From: a virus
Reading direction: 5' to 3' (one strand)
DNA: 30,773 nucleotides
IMG/VR virus record: IMGVR_UViG_3300006147_000496
The notes beneath the pieces were generated by a model. It saw only the letters and a program-made list of their open reading frames with translations, was not told where the DNA came from and searched no databases. The translations under genes and the position numbers were made by a program. Of the stretch, positions 24,049 through 30,773 are shown one piece after another (positions within the stretch are counted from its first letter, which is position 1; every line of letters starts with the position of its first letter).

Positions 24049-24957
24049 TTATCCCTTAACCTCTTCCAGAATCTGTTCCTTAGGCTTTCCTGTTTCCTTT
24101 TCTGCTTCCTTCCAGAAAACTTCTTCTGGAATGACAAGCGTACCTGAATCGGGTTCAAAGGCATGAGCAAGCTTCCCGCCAATCTTATCATATTTGTAAG
24201 CGGGAGACCCTTCTTCACACCAGATCAGCAAATCAGGACGGGCACCTTTCCCGACAACCCCGCCGCCCAACATCTCCACAATCTTTTCAAGGTTCTTTCG
24301 CGGCCCTGTTGATGACTTGCCCGTAAATTGGCACCATGTACGCTTGAACGCCGGGAAATTTTCTTCTTCATAGTTCCCCTGAAGCTGTTTTTCCACATGG
24401 TAAGAAGAAAGCGCAAGCACAGCCCCACGGCACAGGGATCTAAGAAAAAGCAGAAGCCGCAAACGGTTCTCTTCATTCTCAAAATACGCGGTGAACATGC
24501 GCCGCATTGCGTTGAAAGGATGCCATGCAAATTTCTCGTCCGGTAAGAATTGAGCCAAATAAGACATGTTTTCCCGTGTTGCGCTTTCTTCACCGGCGAA
24601 AACGAAGAAATTCCGAAGCATGTTGACCCATAAATGGTTGTAATAGAATAAATATTCCGTTTCCGTCTCAATGTCATTCCGCTTCTTGATCATGTCAAGA
24701 GCAAGCTCCCCAATTTCCCGTGCGGTTTTTCCTTCCTTCAGGGCAAATAAGACGTTTGATGCTCCTTCTTCTTTTCTGACGCGCGTCAATCCCTTCATGG
24801 TATCAGGAATATGTTCTGCATCAGGAGTAATGCCGCCCATGTCACAGGCTAGCGCATACCCGGCGATCTCAAATAAATAGACATCCGTTTTCCGGCTCCC
24901 GCAATTCCGCGCATACATGGGCTCATTTTCATCAAATGGCAAAGTCACCGTAATCAT
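24049..24957 (-). CDS. Orphan 302-aa protein, standalone transcription unit in the accessory island
   Basis: ORF bounded by a terminator (24003-24037) and a divergent intergenic region (24958-25058). No motif recognised, and the composition is intermediate between island and backbone. Confidence 0.6.
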   Translation of the reverse strand: MITVTLPFDENEPMYARNCGSRKTDVYLFEIAGYALACDMGGITPDAEHIPDTMKGLTRVRKEEGASNVLFALKEGKTAREIGELALDMIKKRNDIETETEYLFYYNHLWVNMLRNFFVFAGEESATRENMSYLAQFLPDEKFAWHPFNAMRRMFTAYFENEENRLRLLLFLRSLCRGAVLALSSYHVEKQLQGNYEEENFPAFKRTWCQFTGKSSTGPRKNLEKIVEMLGGGVVGKGARPDLLIWCEEGSPAYKYDKIGGKLAHAFEPDSGTLVIPEEVFWKEAEKETGKPKEQILEEVKG

Positions 24958-25021
24958 AACTATTTTTCATTAACGGTCTTCTTTCCTGTTGGCAACCAAA
25001 AACCACAGAAAAATGTTATTT

Positions 25022-25055
25022 CTGGACAGAAAACGGCATATTATGCTATCACGAA
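25022..25055 (+). promoter_or_regulatory. Promoter P1: CTGGACA-N14-ATGCTATCACGAA (TGGACA -35, TGn-extended TATCAC -10)
   Basis: The same two blocks with the same 14-nt spacing occur at 26533-26566. The ATG at 25059 lies 6 nt after TATCAC, implying a leaderless or near-leaderless mRNA. Confidence 0.5.
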
Positions 25056-25058
25056 CGC

Positions 25059-25709
25059 ATGATAAAAAATCTGTTTTCTATACTGATAGCGTCCTGTCTG
25101 GCTCTTCCCGCCGTTGCGGGAAATATTACTGTCCCAACATTGACTATCGGTAATGATACTTACAAGAACGCTACCATTTCTTATAAAGGCGGCCTGACGG
25201 CAAAAATCAGTCATGACGAGGGAACGAAAAGCATACCTGTATCAAAACTGGCTCCGGAACATCAAGCTGCGCTTGGCATCACTCCGGAAATTATTTCCAG
25301 GGAAACGGCTAAGATGGAAGCCCTGAAAGAAAAAGCATTGGAAAAAAAGAAAAAACAGGCTGAGGAAAGAGAACAGACAAAGGAAAAATTGCGTGGCTTC
25401 TTGAATGAATTAAACCGTTCCGAATATTATCAGCTGGCCGTATATGGAACTTATAAGAATGGAATCCTGGTACATCCTTATTCTTATTATGATGGGAATT
25501 GCGTCCATGAGCACACAAGCGTCAAATATATTGTTTTAGGAATTCCGAAAAAGGGCATCACAAAAGACACGTTGTTAAAAATAAAAGCGATTCCAAACGG
25601 ACATGTTGAAATGGATGGAGAAAGAATACCTGCCCTCAAATTCCTTCTTTATGAGAATGAGGAAAAGGCATTCCGGAAAGCTAGTCAACAAATGTTGAAA
25701 ATGAATTAA
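25059..25709 (+). CDS. Exported protein (signal peptide or lipoprotein) with K/E coiled-coil linker
   Basis: The N-terminus MIKNLFSILIASCLALPAVAG contains a possible lipobox IAS|C or an AVA|G cleavage site. It is followed by EKALEKKKKQAEEREQTKEK and a beta-rich C-terminal domain. Confidence 0.6.
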   Translation: MIKNLFSILIASCLALPAVAGNITVPTLTIGNDTYKNATISYKGGLTAKISHDEGTKSIPVSKLAPEHQAALGITPEIISRETAKMEALKEKALEKKKKQAEEREQTKEKLRGFLNELNRSEYYQLAVYGTYKNGILVHPYSYYDGNCVHEHTSVKYIVLGIPKKGITKDTLLKIKAIPNGHVEMDGERIPALKFLLYENEEKAFRKASQQMLKMN

Positions 25710-25763
25710 TTGTTATATTTTAATCATGATTTTATATAATTATATCTTTTGTTTGTGTATATA

Positions 25764-26462
25764 ATGAGAGAGAAAATGTATCAAAGAGTCGTCATGAAAT
25801 TATTATTATTTGTAATTTTTGCTGTTATTGCTTATTTTATTCTCTCGCTTTTCTCTGATGCGAACTTGGTACAGAATACTATCTTACTTTTAGCCGCCTT
25901 TATTACATGGTGGATATATCACGATAGTAAAATAAAGGATATATCTAAAGCCGCAACTATTCTTGCCCTTCAAATAAAAGATATAGAAAAAAATATTGAG
26001 TATCTGTTTTCAGAAGGTTTAATAAATGGAGCTATTCAAGAAAGACCTATTCATTATTCTAATTTAATATATGAGGAGAATCAATGGGATAAATATTCTT
26101 ACCTAATGGCTGGTCTTCTATCATCGGAGGCTTTTGAAAGAATTGATTATTTCTTTAAAGTAGCACAACGTGTTCGAGAACAGCAGCTTTATATAAAGAA
26201 GAAAATACAACAGTCTTTGGATGATAAGGTTACGCATTATTATAATGCAATATATAGTCAAGTTGCCGATTTGAGAATTGATGAAAAACAATCTAAAGCG
26301 AATATTGATCAAATTAAGGATAAATTTTGTAAGATAAATACTGAAACATATATGCAGATAGAATATGCTAATGGGTTAGAAAATGCTTTAAGAAGATATA
26401 GAAAATTAACTGATGGTAATGCGTATGCAGAACTGAAAAAGTTGAAGGATAAGAAAGTATGA
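25764..26462 (+). CDS. 2-TM membrane protein with helical cytoplasmic domain (track ORF from TTG 25749)
   Basis: TM1 is LLLFVIFAVIAYFILSLF and TM2 is ILLLAAFITWWIY, followed by about 170 aa of K/E/Q-rich helix. The DNA is very AT-rich. Confidence 0.6.
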   Translation: MREKMYQRVVMKLLLFVIFAVIAYFILSLFSDANLVQNTILLLAAFITWWIYHDSKIKDISKAATILALQIKDIEKNIEYLFSEGLINGAIQERPIHYSNLIYEENQWDKYSYLMAGLLSSEAFERIDYFFKVAQRVREQQLYIKKKIQQSLDDKVTHYYNAIYSQVADLRIDEKQSKANIDQIKDKFCKINTETYMQIEYANGLENALRRYRKLTDGNAYAELKKLKDKKV

Positions 26463-26532
26463 TTTGTTTCAAGAAATTAATTTTTCAAAATTGAATCAAG
26501 AAAGGAACTGCCCTTTTATTTTTCACGAATAG

Positions 26533-26566
26533 CTGGACAAAGACAGAAAAAGCATGCTATCACGAA
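26533..26566 (+). promoter_or_regulatory. Promoter P2: CTGGACA-N14-ATGCTATCACGAA
   Basis: Duplicate of the P1 architecture. The ATG at 26573 lies 9 nt after TATCAC. Confidence 0.5.
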
Positions 26567-26572
26567 AGCAAT

Positions 26573-27475
26573 ATGCGCACGGACTTACATTCTTTTAAGC
26601 GAGCAAGAGCGGCATCTAGGGACGAACAAGCGGTATGGATGCGATTCATCCGTACATGTAAGAGGAATAAAACTCTGCGTTATATCTTCATCATCATTTT
26701 ATTGCTGTTTGTCATCTTTTATATATGGGCAAATTTTTTATCAGAAGAGCTTAATAAAGTTGGAAATGCATTCAACATTCTCAATACTTTTTTTACCGCT
26801 CTTGCGTTTATAGGCCTTATTGTCACGATTCTCTTACAAAGAAAGGACTTAGCGCTGCAACGTGAAGAACTGAATTTACAGAAGGAGGAACAGAAGCGTC
26901 AAGGTGATGAACTTGAAAAGCAAAACAGAGTAATGCAAATTCAGCAATTTGAAAGTTTTCTTTTTAAACAAATGGAATATTTGGATTACTTAAGCAAGAA
27001 TATACGGATAAATGGAAATTCTGGAACTGATATTTTTAATGAAATAGCAGATAATGTTAGAAGTTGTTTAAAGATTATTCAGTATTGTGAATTAGTTAAT
27101 TTACCGGTTTTGCAAAACTCAAGCGATAAAATAAATGAATATAAAAAGAACTGTCGATTGTTTGTACAAAATTTTAATGATTTGCTTGCCTGGTCAAATA
27201 AATTTTACTTTCTAATTCGTTATGTTAATGAAGCTGATTTTTTTAATGAAATAGAAAAGGATTTGTATTTTTTAACTATTATGGATAATTTTTCTGATAG
27301 ACAAAAATATCTGCTTCAAATCATGGGACAAATTTCTTGTAATAAACTACAACACAAAATGGAAGAAGAATTAAGGAAAGGCGGATATTTTCATATGGAA
27401 CCCAAATTGATTTTCGGTGAAGAATATGAAAAGAATAGGAGAATATTTAAAGAAAGTATTGGGTTAGTATCATAA
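26573..27475 (+). CDS. 2-TM membrane protein resembling the putative AbiC abortive-infection family
   Basis: TM1 is YIFIIILLLFVIFYIWANFL and TM2 is FFTALAFIGLIVTILLQ. They are followed immediately by RKDLALQREELNLQKEEQKRQ...QIQQFESFLFKQMEYL, which matches my memory of the putAbiC-type layout. Not verified by HMM. Confidence 0.45.
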   Translation: MRTDLHSFKRARAASRDEQAVWMRFIRTCKRNKTLRYIFIIILLLFVIFYIWANFLSEELNKVGNAFNILNTFFTALAFIGLIVTILLQRKDLALQREELNLQKEEQKRQGDELEKQNRVMQIQQFESFLFKQMEYLDYLSKNIRINGNSGTDIFNEIADNVRSCLKIIQYCELVNLPVLQNSSDKINEYKKNCRLFVQNFNDLLAWSNKFYFLIRYVNEADFFNEIEKDLYFLTIMDNFSDRQKYLLQIMGQISCNKLQHKMEEELRKGGYFHMEPKLIFGEEYEKNRRIFKESIGLVS

Positions 27476-27486
27476 CGTTATGATAA
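27469..27486 (+). terminator. Perfect 18-bp palindrome TATCATAACGTTATGATA plus ATTTTT at the end of the 300-aa gene (weak terminator or protein site)
   Basis: Read directly. It overlaps the stop codon at 27473-27475. The AT-rich stem would be weak. Confidence 0.3.
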
Positions 27487-27563
27487 TTTTTACTGTCATA
27501 GACGCGGGAAAGTTCTGAATCTACGGGAAAATACAGCCGTTCCGGCCAGATAACCCGCCGCCG

Positions 27564-27650
27564 TTAGTCTTGTATGACAAACGCCTGCTTGACAAATCCG
27601 GAAGAAAGGGCATAGTAAAAGCAGATTAGTTCAATCAAGGAATTATTCAC
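27564..27650 (-). CDS. Candidate mini-ORF 1 (28 aa, GTG start): MNNSLIELICFYYALSSGFVKQAFVIQD
   Basis: AGAAAGGAAAAA precedes GTG 27650. It shares the nucleotide blocks GTGAATAA and TTGATTGAACTAATC with mini-ORF 2, and the indel between those blocks is 3 nt, so the frame is preserved. Confidence 0.2.
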   Translation of the reverse strand: MNNSLIELICFYYALSSGFVKQAFVIQD

Positions 27651-27669
27651 TTTTTCCTTTCTGATGATC

Positions 27670-27705
27670 GACCCCGGAGGTTGCCGCCTCCGGGGTCTTT
27701 GTTTT
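27670..27705 (+). terminator. Rho-independent terminator (plus strand)
   Basis: GACCCCGGAGG-ttgccg-CCTCCGGGGTC followed by TTTGTTTT. It lies 195 nt after the last plus-strand ORF. Confidence 0.8.
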
Positions 27706-27772
27706 AGCCCATCATGATCAGAATCATTTCAAGGAGCTTGATGATTAGTTCAATCAATTTTTCTTTATTCAC
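27704..27772 (-). CDS. Candidate mini-ORF 2 (22 aa, GTG start): MNKEKLIELIIKLLEMILIMMG
   Basis: Paralogous to mini-ORF 1 at the 5' end (VN., LIELI). AGAAAGGAA lies 13 nt upstream. The peptide is hydrophobic. Confidence 0.2.
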   Translation of the reverse strand: MNKEKLIELIIKLLEMILIMMG

Positions 27773-27916
27773 TATTCATTGTTAATTCCTTTCTACTGAC
27801 GACAGGGCTCATTCCCTGCCGCTCCGGATCAACCGGCAGGGGCAATATACAAAAAAACAGGATTTTTTGCAAGATATTTTTATCTATAATTTTTTGACAT
27901 TCAAAAGATTACTGTT

Positions 27917-28609
27917 TTACAGCCGGGCGAATTGAAGGTGCATCCAGTCATAATTCCGTTCACGGCCCAGAGAAACGGCCCCATGGGCTTCCCATATTCG
28001 CCACCACTCTTCACACTCCGGGCGGGAAAGCCCGGCATGGGGGGCTTTGCAGGAATAACTGTTCCGCACCGGGTCAAAGTCCAGGGCAATCCCCCAGGCG
28101 TGCATGCTCTTGCTTTTGCCTCCGGCCGTGCTGCGGTCATTGTAGGATCCGCCATACTGGTCCAGGTGAAGCGCGCGGATCCGGTCCAGGCCATACGCGG
28201 CCAGGACTTCCGCCAGGGCCGCCTGAACGTCCTGGGCAATCGCCTGATGCACGCGGATCGTTTTCACGGGCCGCCCCTCATAATATAAAGGATAAGGGGG
28301 GACAATAGAAACAAGGTTGTTTTCATCTCCTGCACGGCCAAAAATGGAAAGACCGGCACGGACGGTTGCCTGGTCAGGCCAGGACCGGGGCAGGGCAATG
28401 TCCAGGGCGGCGGCAATGCCGCGGGCCGTGGCAGGGCCGGGGATGCCGTCAGGCGTCACGTTCACGGCGGCCTGGACCGCGGACCATATTTCATGACAGC
28501 GCAATTTCAGAGCTACGGCGGCCAGCGTTTTAGGCCCCGGCAAACCATCCGCTTTCAGCCCCAGGGCTCGCTGAACGGGTTTGAATTCCTGATATTCTTT
28601 GATAATCAT
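27917..28609 (-). CDS. Endolysin: two PG_binding_1-like repeats plus an M15-type peptidase domain
   Basis: QRALGLKADGLPGPKTLAAV and VTPDGIPGPATARGIAAAL are peptidoglycan-binding repeats. The catalytic pattern is SMHAWGIALDFD (H-x6-D) and DWMHLQF. Confidence 0.85.
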   Translation of the reverse strand: MIIKEYQEFKPVQRALGLKADGLPGPKTLAAVALKLRCHEIWSAVQAAVNVTPDGIPGPATARGIAAALDIALPRSWPDQATVRAGLSIFGRAGDENNLVSIVPPYPLYYEGRPVKTIRVHQAIAQDVQAALAEVLAAYGLDRIRALHLDQYGGSYNDRSTAGGKSKSMHAWGIALDFDPVRNSYSCKAPHAGLSRPECEEWWRIWEAHGAVSLGRERNYDWMHLQFARL

Positions 28610-28665
28610 ATAATTATTTAATTGTTAAATGGTTGGAACTTGTAAGAAAAACTTTACAGTTGAAA

Positions 28666-28944
28666 CTAGTCCCTGTTGTCCAGGAATTCTTCATGCGCCT
28701 TGCGGACGAACTCACAGCCGGAACATTTATTTTCCGCATCAATGCGTTTTTTGCGTTCTTCGTCATAAAGCCGCTCATAACGTTCCGCCCGTTTCATTTC
28801 CCGCCACAGAAAAATTCCCATAACCGCGGCCACGCTCGCCCCGTTCTGGATGTACTCCAAAAACGGGTTGCCTGACGTGACGGACGCAATCACGGACAGG
28901 GCATTAGCCCCCAGCAGGCCCGCGTTGACAACAGATCCGGTCAT
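28666..28944 (-). CDS. Holin candidate (2 TM, charged C-terminus)
   Basis: 92 aa. The TM segments are VVNAGLLGANALSVIASV and ASVAAVMGIFLW, followed by a highly charged tail (REMKRAERYERLYDEERKKR). It lies immediately upstream of the endolysin. Confidence 0.6.
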   Translation of the reverse strand: MTGSVVNAGLLGANALSVIASVTSGNPFLEYIQNGASVAAVMGIFLWREMKRAERYERLYDEERKKRIDAENKCSGCEFVRKAHEEFLDNRD

Positions 28945-28948
28945 GGCT

Positions 28949-29266
28949 TCACTTTTTCAGGGATTGAACGACGGGCGGAACGTCCGTTTCCGGCTGGGCC
29001 TGGGAATAGGAGATATGCCCCGGCTCCAGCACCAGGCAGGAACCGTCCTTGCATACCACCGTCTTTTTCGGCGTCACGTCAACGGAATGGCCGCAGCCAC
29101 CCAGCAGAGCGGAAGCCGCATAGGCAGCACCTGCCAGGACTACCCACAAAAGGCGTTCCCACCACTTCAGGCCGGTTTTAGTTTTGCTTTTTTCGTAGGC
29201 ATCTTTCATGCCCTGCTTCCCCGCCTCAAGGGCGGCCTGCTTTTGCTCGTCACTTAATTTACTCAT
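28949..29266 (-). CDS. Lysis-associated membrane protein or lipoprotein (o-spanin-like); track ORF extends to 29338
   Basis: ATG 29266 overlaps the upstream stop (CCATGAGTAA). The hydrophobic LLWVVLAGAAYAASALLGGC ends in a lipobox-like LGG|C. The mature part is short, with 3 Cys and several Pro. Confidence 0.4.
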   Translation of the reverse strand: MSKLSDEQKQAALEAGKQGMKDAYEKSKTKTGLKWWERLLWVVLAGAAYAASALLGGCGHSVDVTPKKTVVCKDGSCLVLEPGHISYSQAQPETDVPPVVQSLKK

Positions 29267-29666
29267 GGTTTTGCTTTGTGAAGTATTTGAAAAAGTCCAC
29301 GGCGGCGGGTGAAGAAACCGTAAATTCGGGGTAGTCACGGGCTGTGAAAATCCGGCGGCCCCCTTGAGAGTTGACGGCCTCCACGGTCAAATCCACGGTT
29401 TCCACCGTCCGCACAGGATCATCCCCCTGCCTGGCGCAAATCTCTTTCAACCGCGCCCAAACCTGTCCCGCTTGCCAGTCCTCACCCAGCCCCACCAGAG
29501 CGGCAACTACCGCCCGCATCGCCGGGGCTTGATCCACGGGTATATTGTCCTGCGTAAAGCGCGCCGGAGGTCGATAACCGCCCGCGGCCTGGTAAATGGG
29601 CGTCAAGGTAAATTCTTCCCATTCGCCGGGCCGGGGAAAATGTATCTGTATTTCTGCGTTACTCAT
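29259..29666 (-). CDS. Hypothetical protein after the fibre gene (fibre assembly or accessory candidate)
   Basis: 135-aa ORF starting 2 nt after the fibre stop (TAATCATG). No motif recognised. Confidence 0.45.
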   Translation of the reverse strand: MSNAEIQIHFPRPGEWEEFTLTPIYQAAGGYRPPARFTQDNIPVDQAPAMRAVVAALVGLGEDWQAGQVWARLKEICARQGDDPVRTVETVDLTVEAVNSQGGRRIFTARDYPEFTVSSPAAVDFFKYFTKQNHE

Positions 29667-29668
29667 GA

Positions 29669-30773
29669 TTACAAGGGAATGTTAATGTCCACAAAATCAG
29701 CCGTTTCCTCGGATTCAATGGCATTGACAGCCAAAGCTTCCAGAGCGTAATAAACCGGATTGACGTTGCCGGGCTGGTAGTTGGTGCGCTCCGCCGCCCC
29801 AACAAACACGCTGACAGATCCACCGGAAATTCCCGTCATGTCTGTTACAAGCGTGGAAAATCCCGTGCCCGTTTCAAAGGTGGTCACGCCGCGCACCGCG
29901 GCAATCTTCCAAAGTTGCTGACTGCTTCCCCCGCCTGTCATCAAATACAATGAGCCATAGGCGTCCCCATAATCCCCGGCATTGTACGATCGGGGGGCAT
30001 ATTGATGATAAATGACTTTATTGACAATATAGGGAATTGGCTCGTTTTGCGTCGCCGGGATAAAGCTGGTTGTGGTCTTTACCATCCACTTCCGCGCGGT
30101 CTCGGCTGCGTATATTTCCCGTACGCGGACGACATACCCGCCACGCGCCGCATCGCGCTCATTGTCAAACGTAATATCCAGAATTTCGCCGGTATTGTAG
30201 GCCAGATCATTTCCGGGGATGATACTGTAAGAATCCAGCGTTAAATCTTTCCGCGTCGCCTTGCTCCCCCTCCCTATGCCAATAGTCAACTTTCCCGCGC
30301 CCGTTAATTGCCAGGGGATAGAAAAACCCGCAAAACTAGAATAATTCCATTGCCCGGCCGGTCCTGTAAAAGCACAAACGATCGTGCTGTGCGTATTCGC
30401 AGGAACGTTCACCCGCGCGTACAGCCCAGCGACAAGAACAGAAGTTTGCGCCGTCCCGGTGGCTGTAATACTGCCCGTATTAAGGTAAAAATGAAGGGAA
30501 AAAATGTCTGTCACTCCGGCCATGCCCGCCGCGTACAGGCGATTAACCACCCCCGTGGCTGTCGGTGCCCCCACGGCAAGCGGAATATTGACGCCGCCAT
30601 TAGCGTTAAGTGTGCTTGCAAAAGTGGCGGGTCCAATACAGTTCAGGCTTGCCCCCTGGGCAATGTTAAGCATGCCCGTTTCATACATCATTGTTCCACG
30701 CCACCAACCTCCACTCCGTACATCAAGGGACTGCCAAAATCTCGTGATGCCGTAAATCTGATTACAAGTCCCC
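29669..30773 (-). CDS. Tail fibre protein, 3' portion (same gene as 1-628; track lists 29669-30691 from an internal Met)
   Basis: The frame stays open from 30772 down to the stop at 29669. Joined across the circle, the gene is 1,656 nt (551 aa). The C-terminal part is Gly/Thr/Ala-rich and beta-type, as in receptor-binding proteins. Confidence 0.8.
   Translation of the reverse strand, partial: GTCNQIYGITRFWQSLDVRSGGWWRGTMMYETGMLNIAQGASLNCIGPATFASTLNANGGVNIPLAVGAPTATGVVNRLYAAGMAGVTDIFSLHFYLNTGSITATGTAQTSVLVAGLYARVNVPANTHSTIVCAFTGPAGQWNYSSFAGFSIPWQLTGAGKLTIGIGRGSKATRKDLTLDSYSIIPGNDLAYNTGEILDITFDNERDAARGGYVVRVREIYAAETARKWMVKTTTSFIPATQNEPIPYIVNKVIYHQYAPRSYNAGDYGDAYGSLYLMTGGGSSQQLWKIAAVRGVTTFETGTGFSTLVTDMTGISGGSVSVFVGAAERTNYQPGNVNPVYYALEALAVNAIESEETADFVDINIPL
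30697..30773. repeat. Terminal direct repeat, exact copy of 1-77
   Basis: Same 77-nt string as the window start. Joining 30696 to 1 keeps the fibre reading frame (..GGWWRG|TMMYETG..). Confidence 0.95.

Noticed and set aside
27731-27785. Plus-strand 14-aa ORF MISSINFSLFTIHC with a strong AAGGAG Shine-Dalgarno at 27731-27736
   Set aside because: The paralogous copy at 27621 has no ATG and has a stop in that frame (GAT TAG). The plus-strand reading is therefore not conserved between the two copies, unlike the minus-strand reading.
1-30773. CRISPR arrays, diversity-generating retroelement for the fibre, transposases/IS elements, rRNA
   Set aside because: There are no spaced repeat arrays, no reverse-transcriptase-like ORF or template/variable repeat pair, no DDE or serine-recombinase ORFs, and no rRNA-like sequence on either strand.

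Overview
The window is a complete, circularly closed temperate tailed-phage genome. Nt 1-77 are identical to nt 30697-30773, so the unique circle is 30,696 bp. The linearisation point lies inside a tail-fibre gene.

Layout:
- Late operon (minus strand, 15529 down to 1, continuing at 30696 down to 27917): small and large terminase (GpA type), gpW-like protein, lambda-type portal, ClpP-type protease fused to a scaffold, decoration-like protein, major capsid protein, neck and tail genes, a GT-A glycosyltransferase-like gene, a G/GT-type chaperone pair with an in-phase A_AAA_AAC slippery site, tape measure protein, collagen-motif fibre, and a lysis cassette (lipoprotein, holin, M15 endolysin).
- Integration module: a tyrosine integrase at 16015-17337 (+) sits beside an attP whose core is the 3' 45 nt of a tRNA(CAU) gene. 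Phased ATGCAC repeats flank the core.
- Early operon (minus strand, 23474 to 17389): RHH protein, Xis-like HTH protein, ASCH-like protein, Dam methyltransferase, AEP primase and SF3 helicase. It diverges from an HTH repressor-like gene at 23591-23980 (+).
- Accessory island (24049-27900, between the repressor and the lysis genes): visibly AT-rich, with its own promoters. It holds an orphan 302-aa gene, an exported protein, two consecutive 2-TM membrane proteins (the second resembles the putative AbiC abortive-infection family from memory), and a duplicated hairpin/mini-ORF module. This is my best candidate for an undescribed lysogen-expressed exclusion or defence system.

Limits: all functional calls rest on motifs I recognise by eye plus synteny. 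No database search, HMM, fold prediction or GC computation was possible. I found no rRNA, full tRNA, CRISPR array or transposase.
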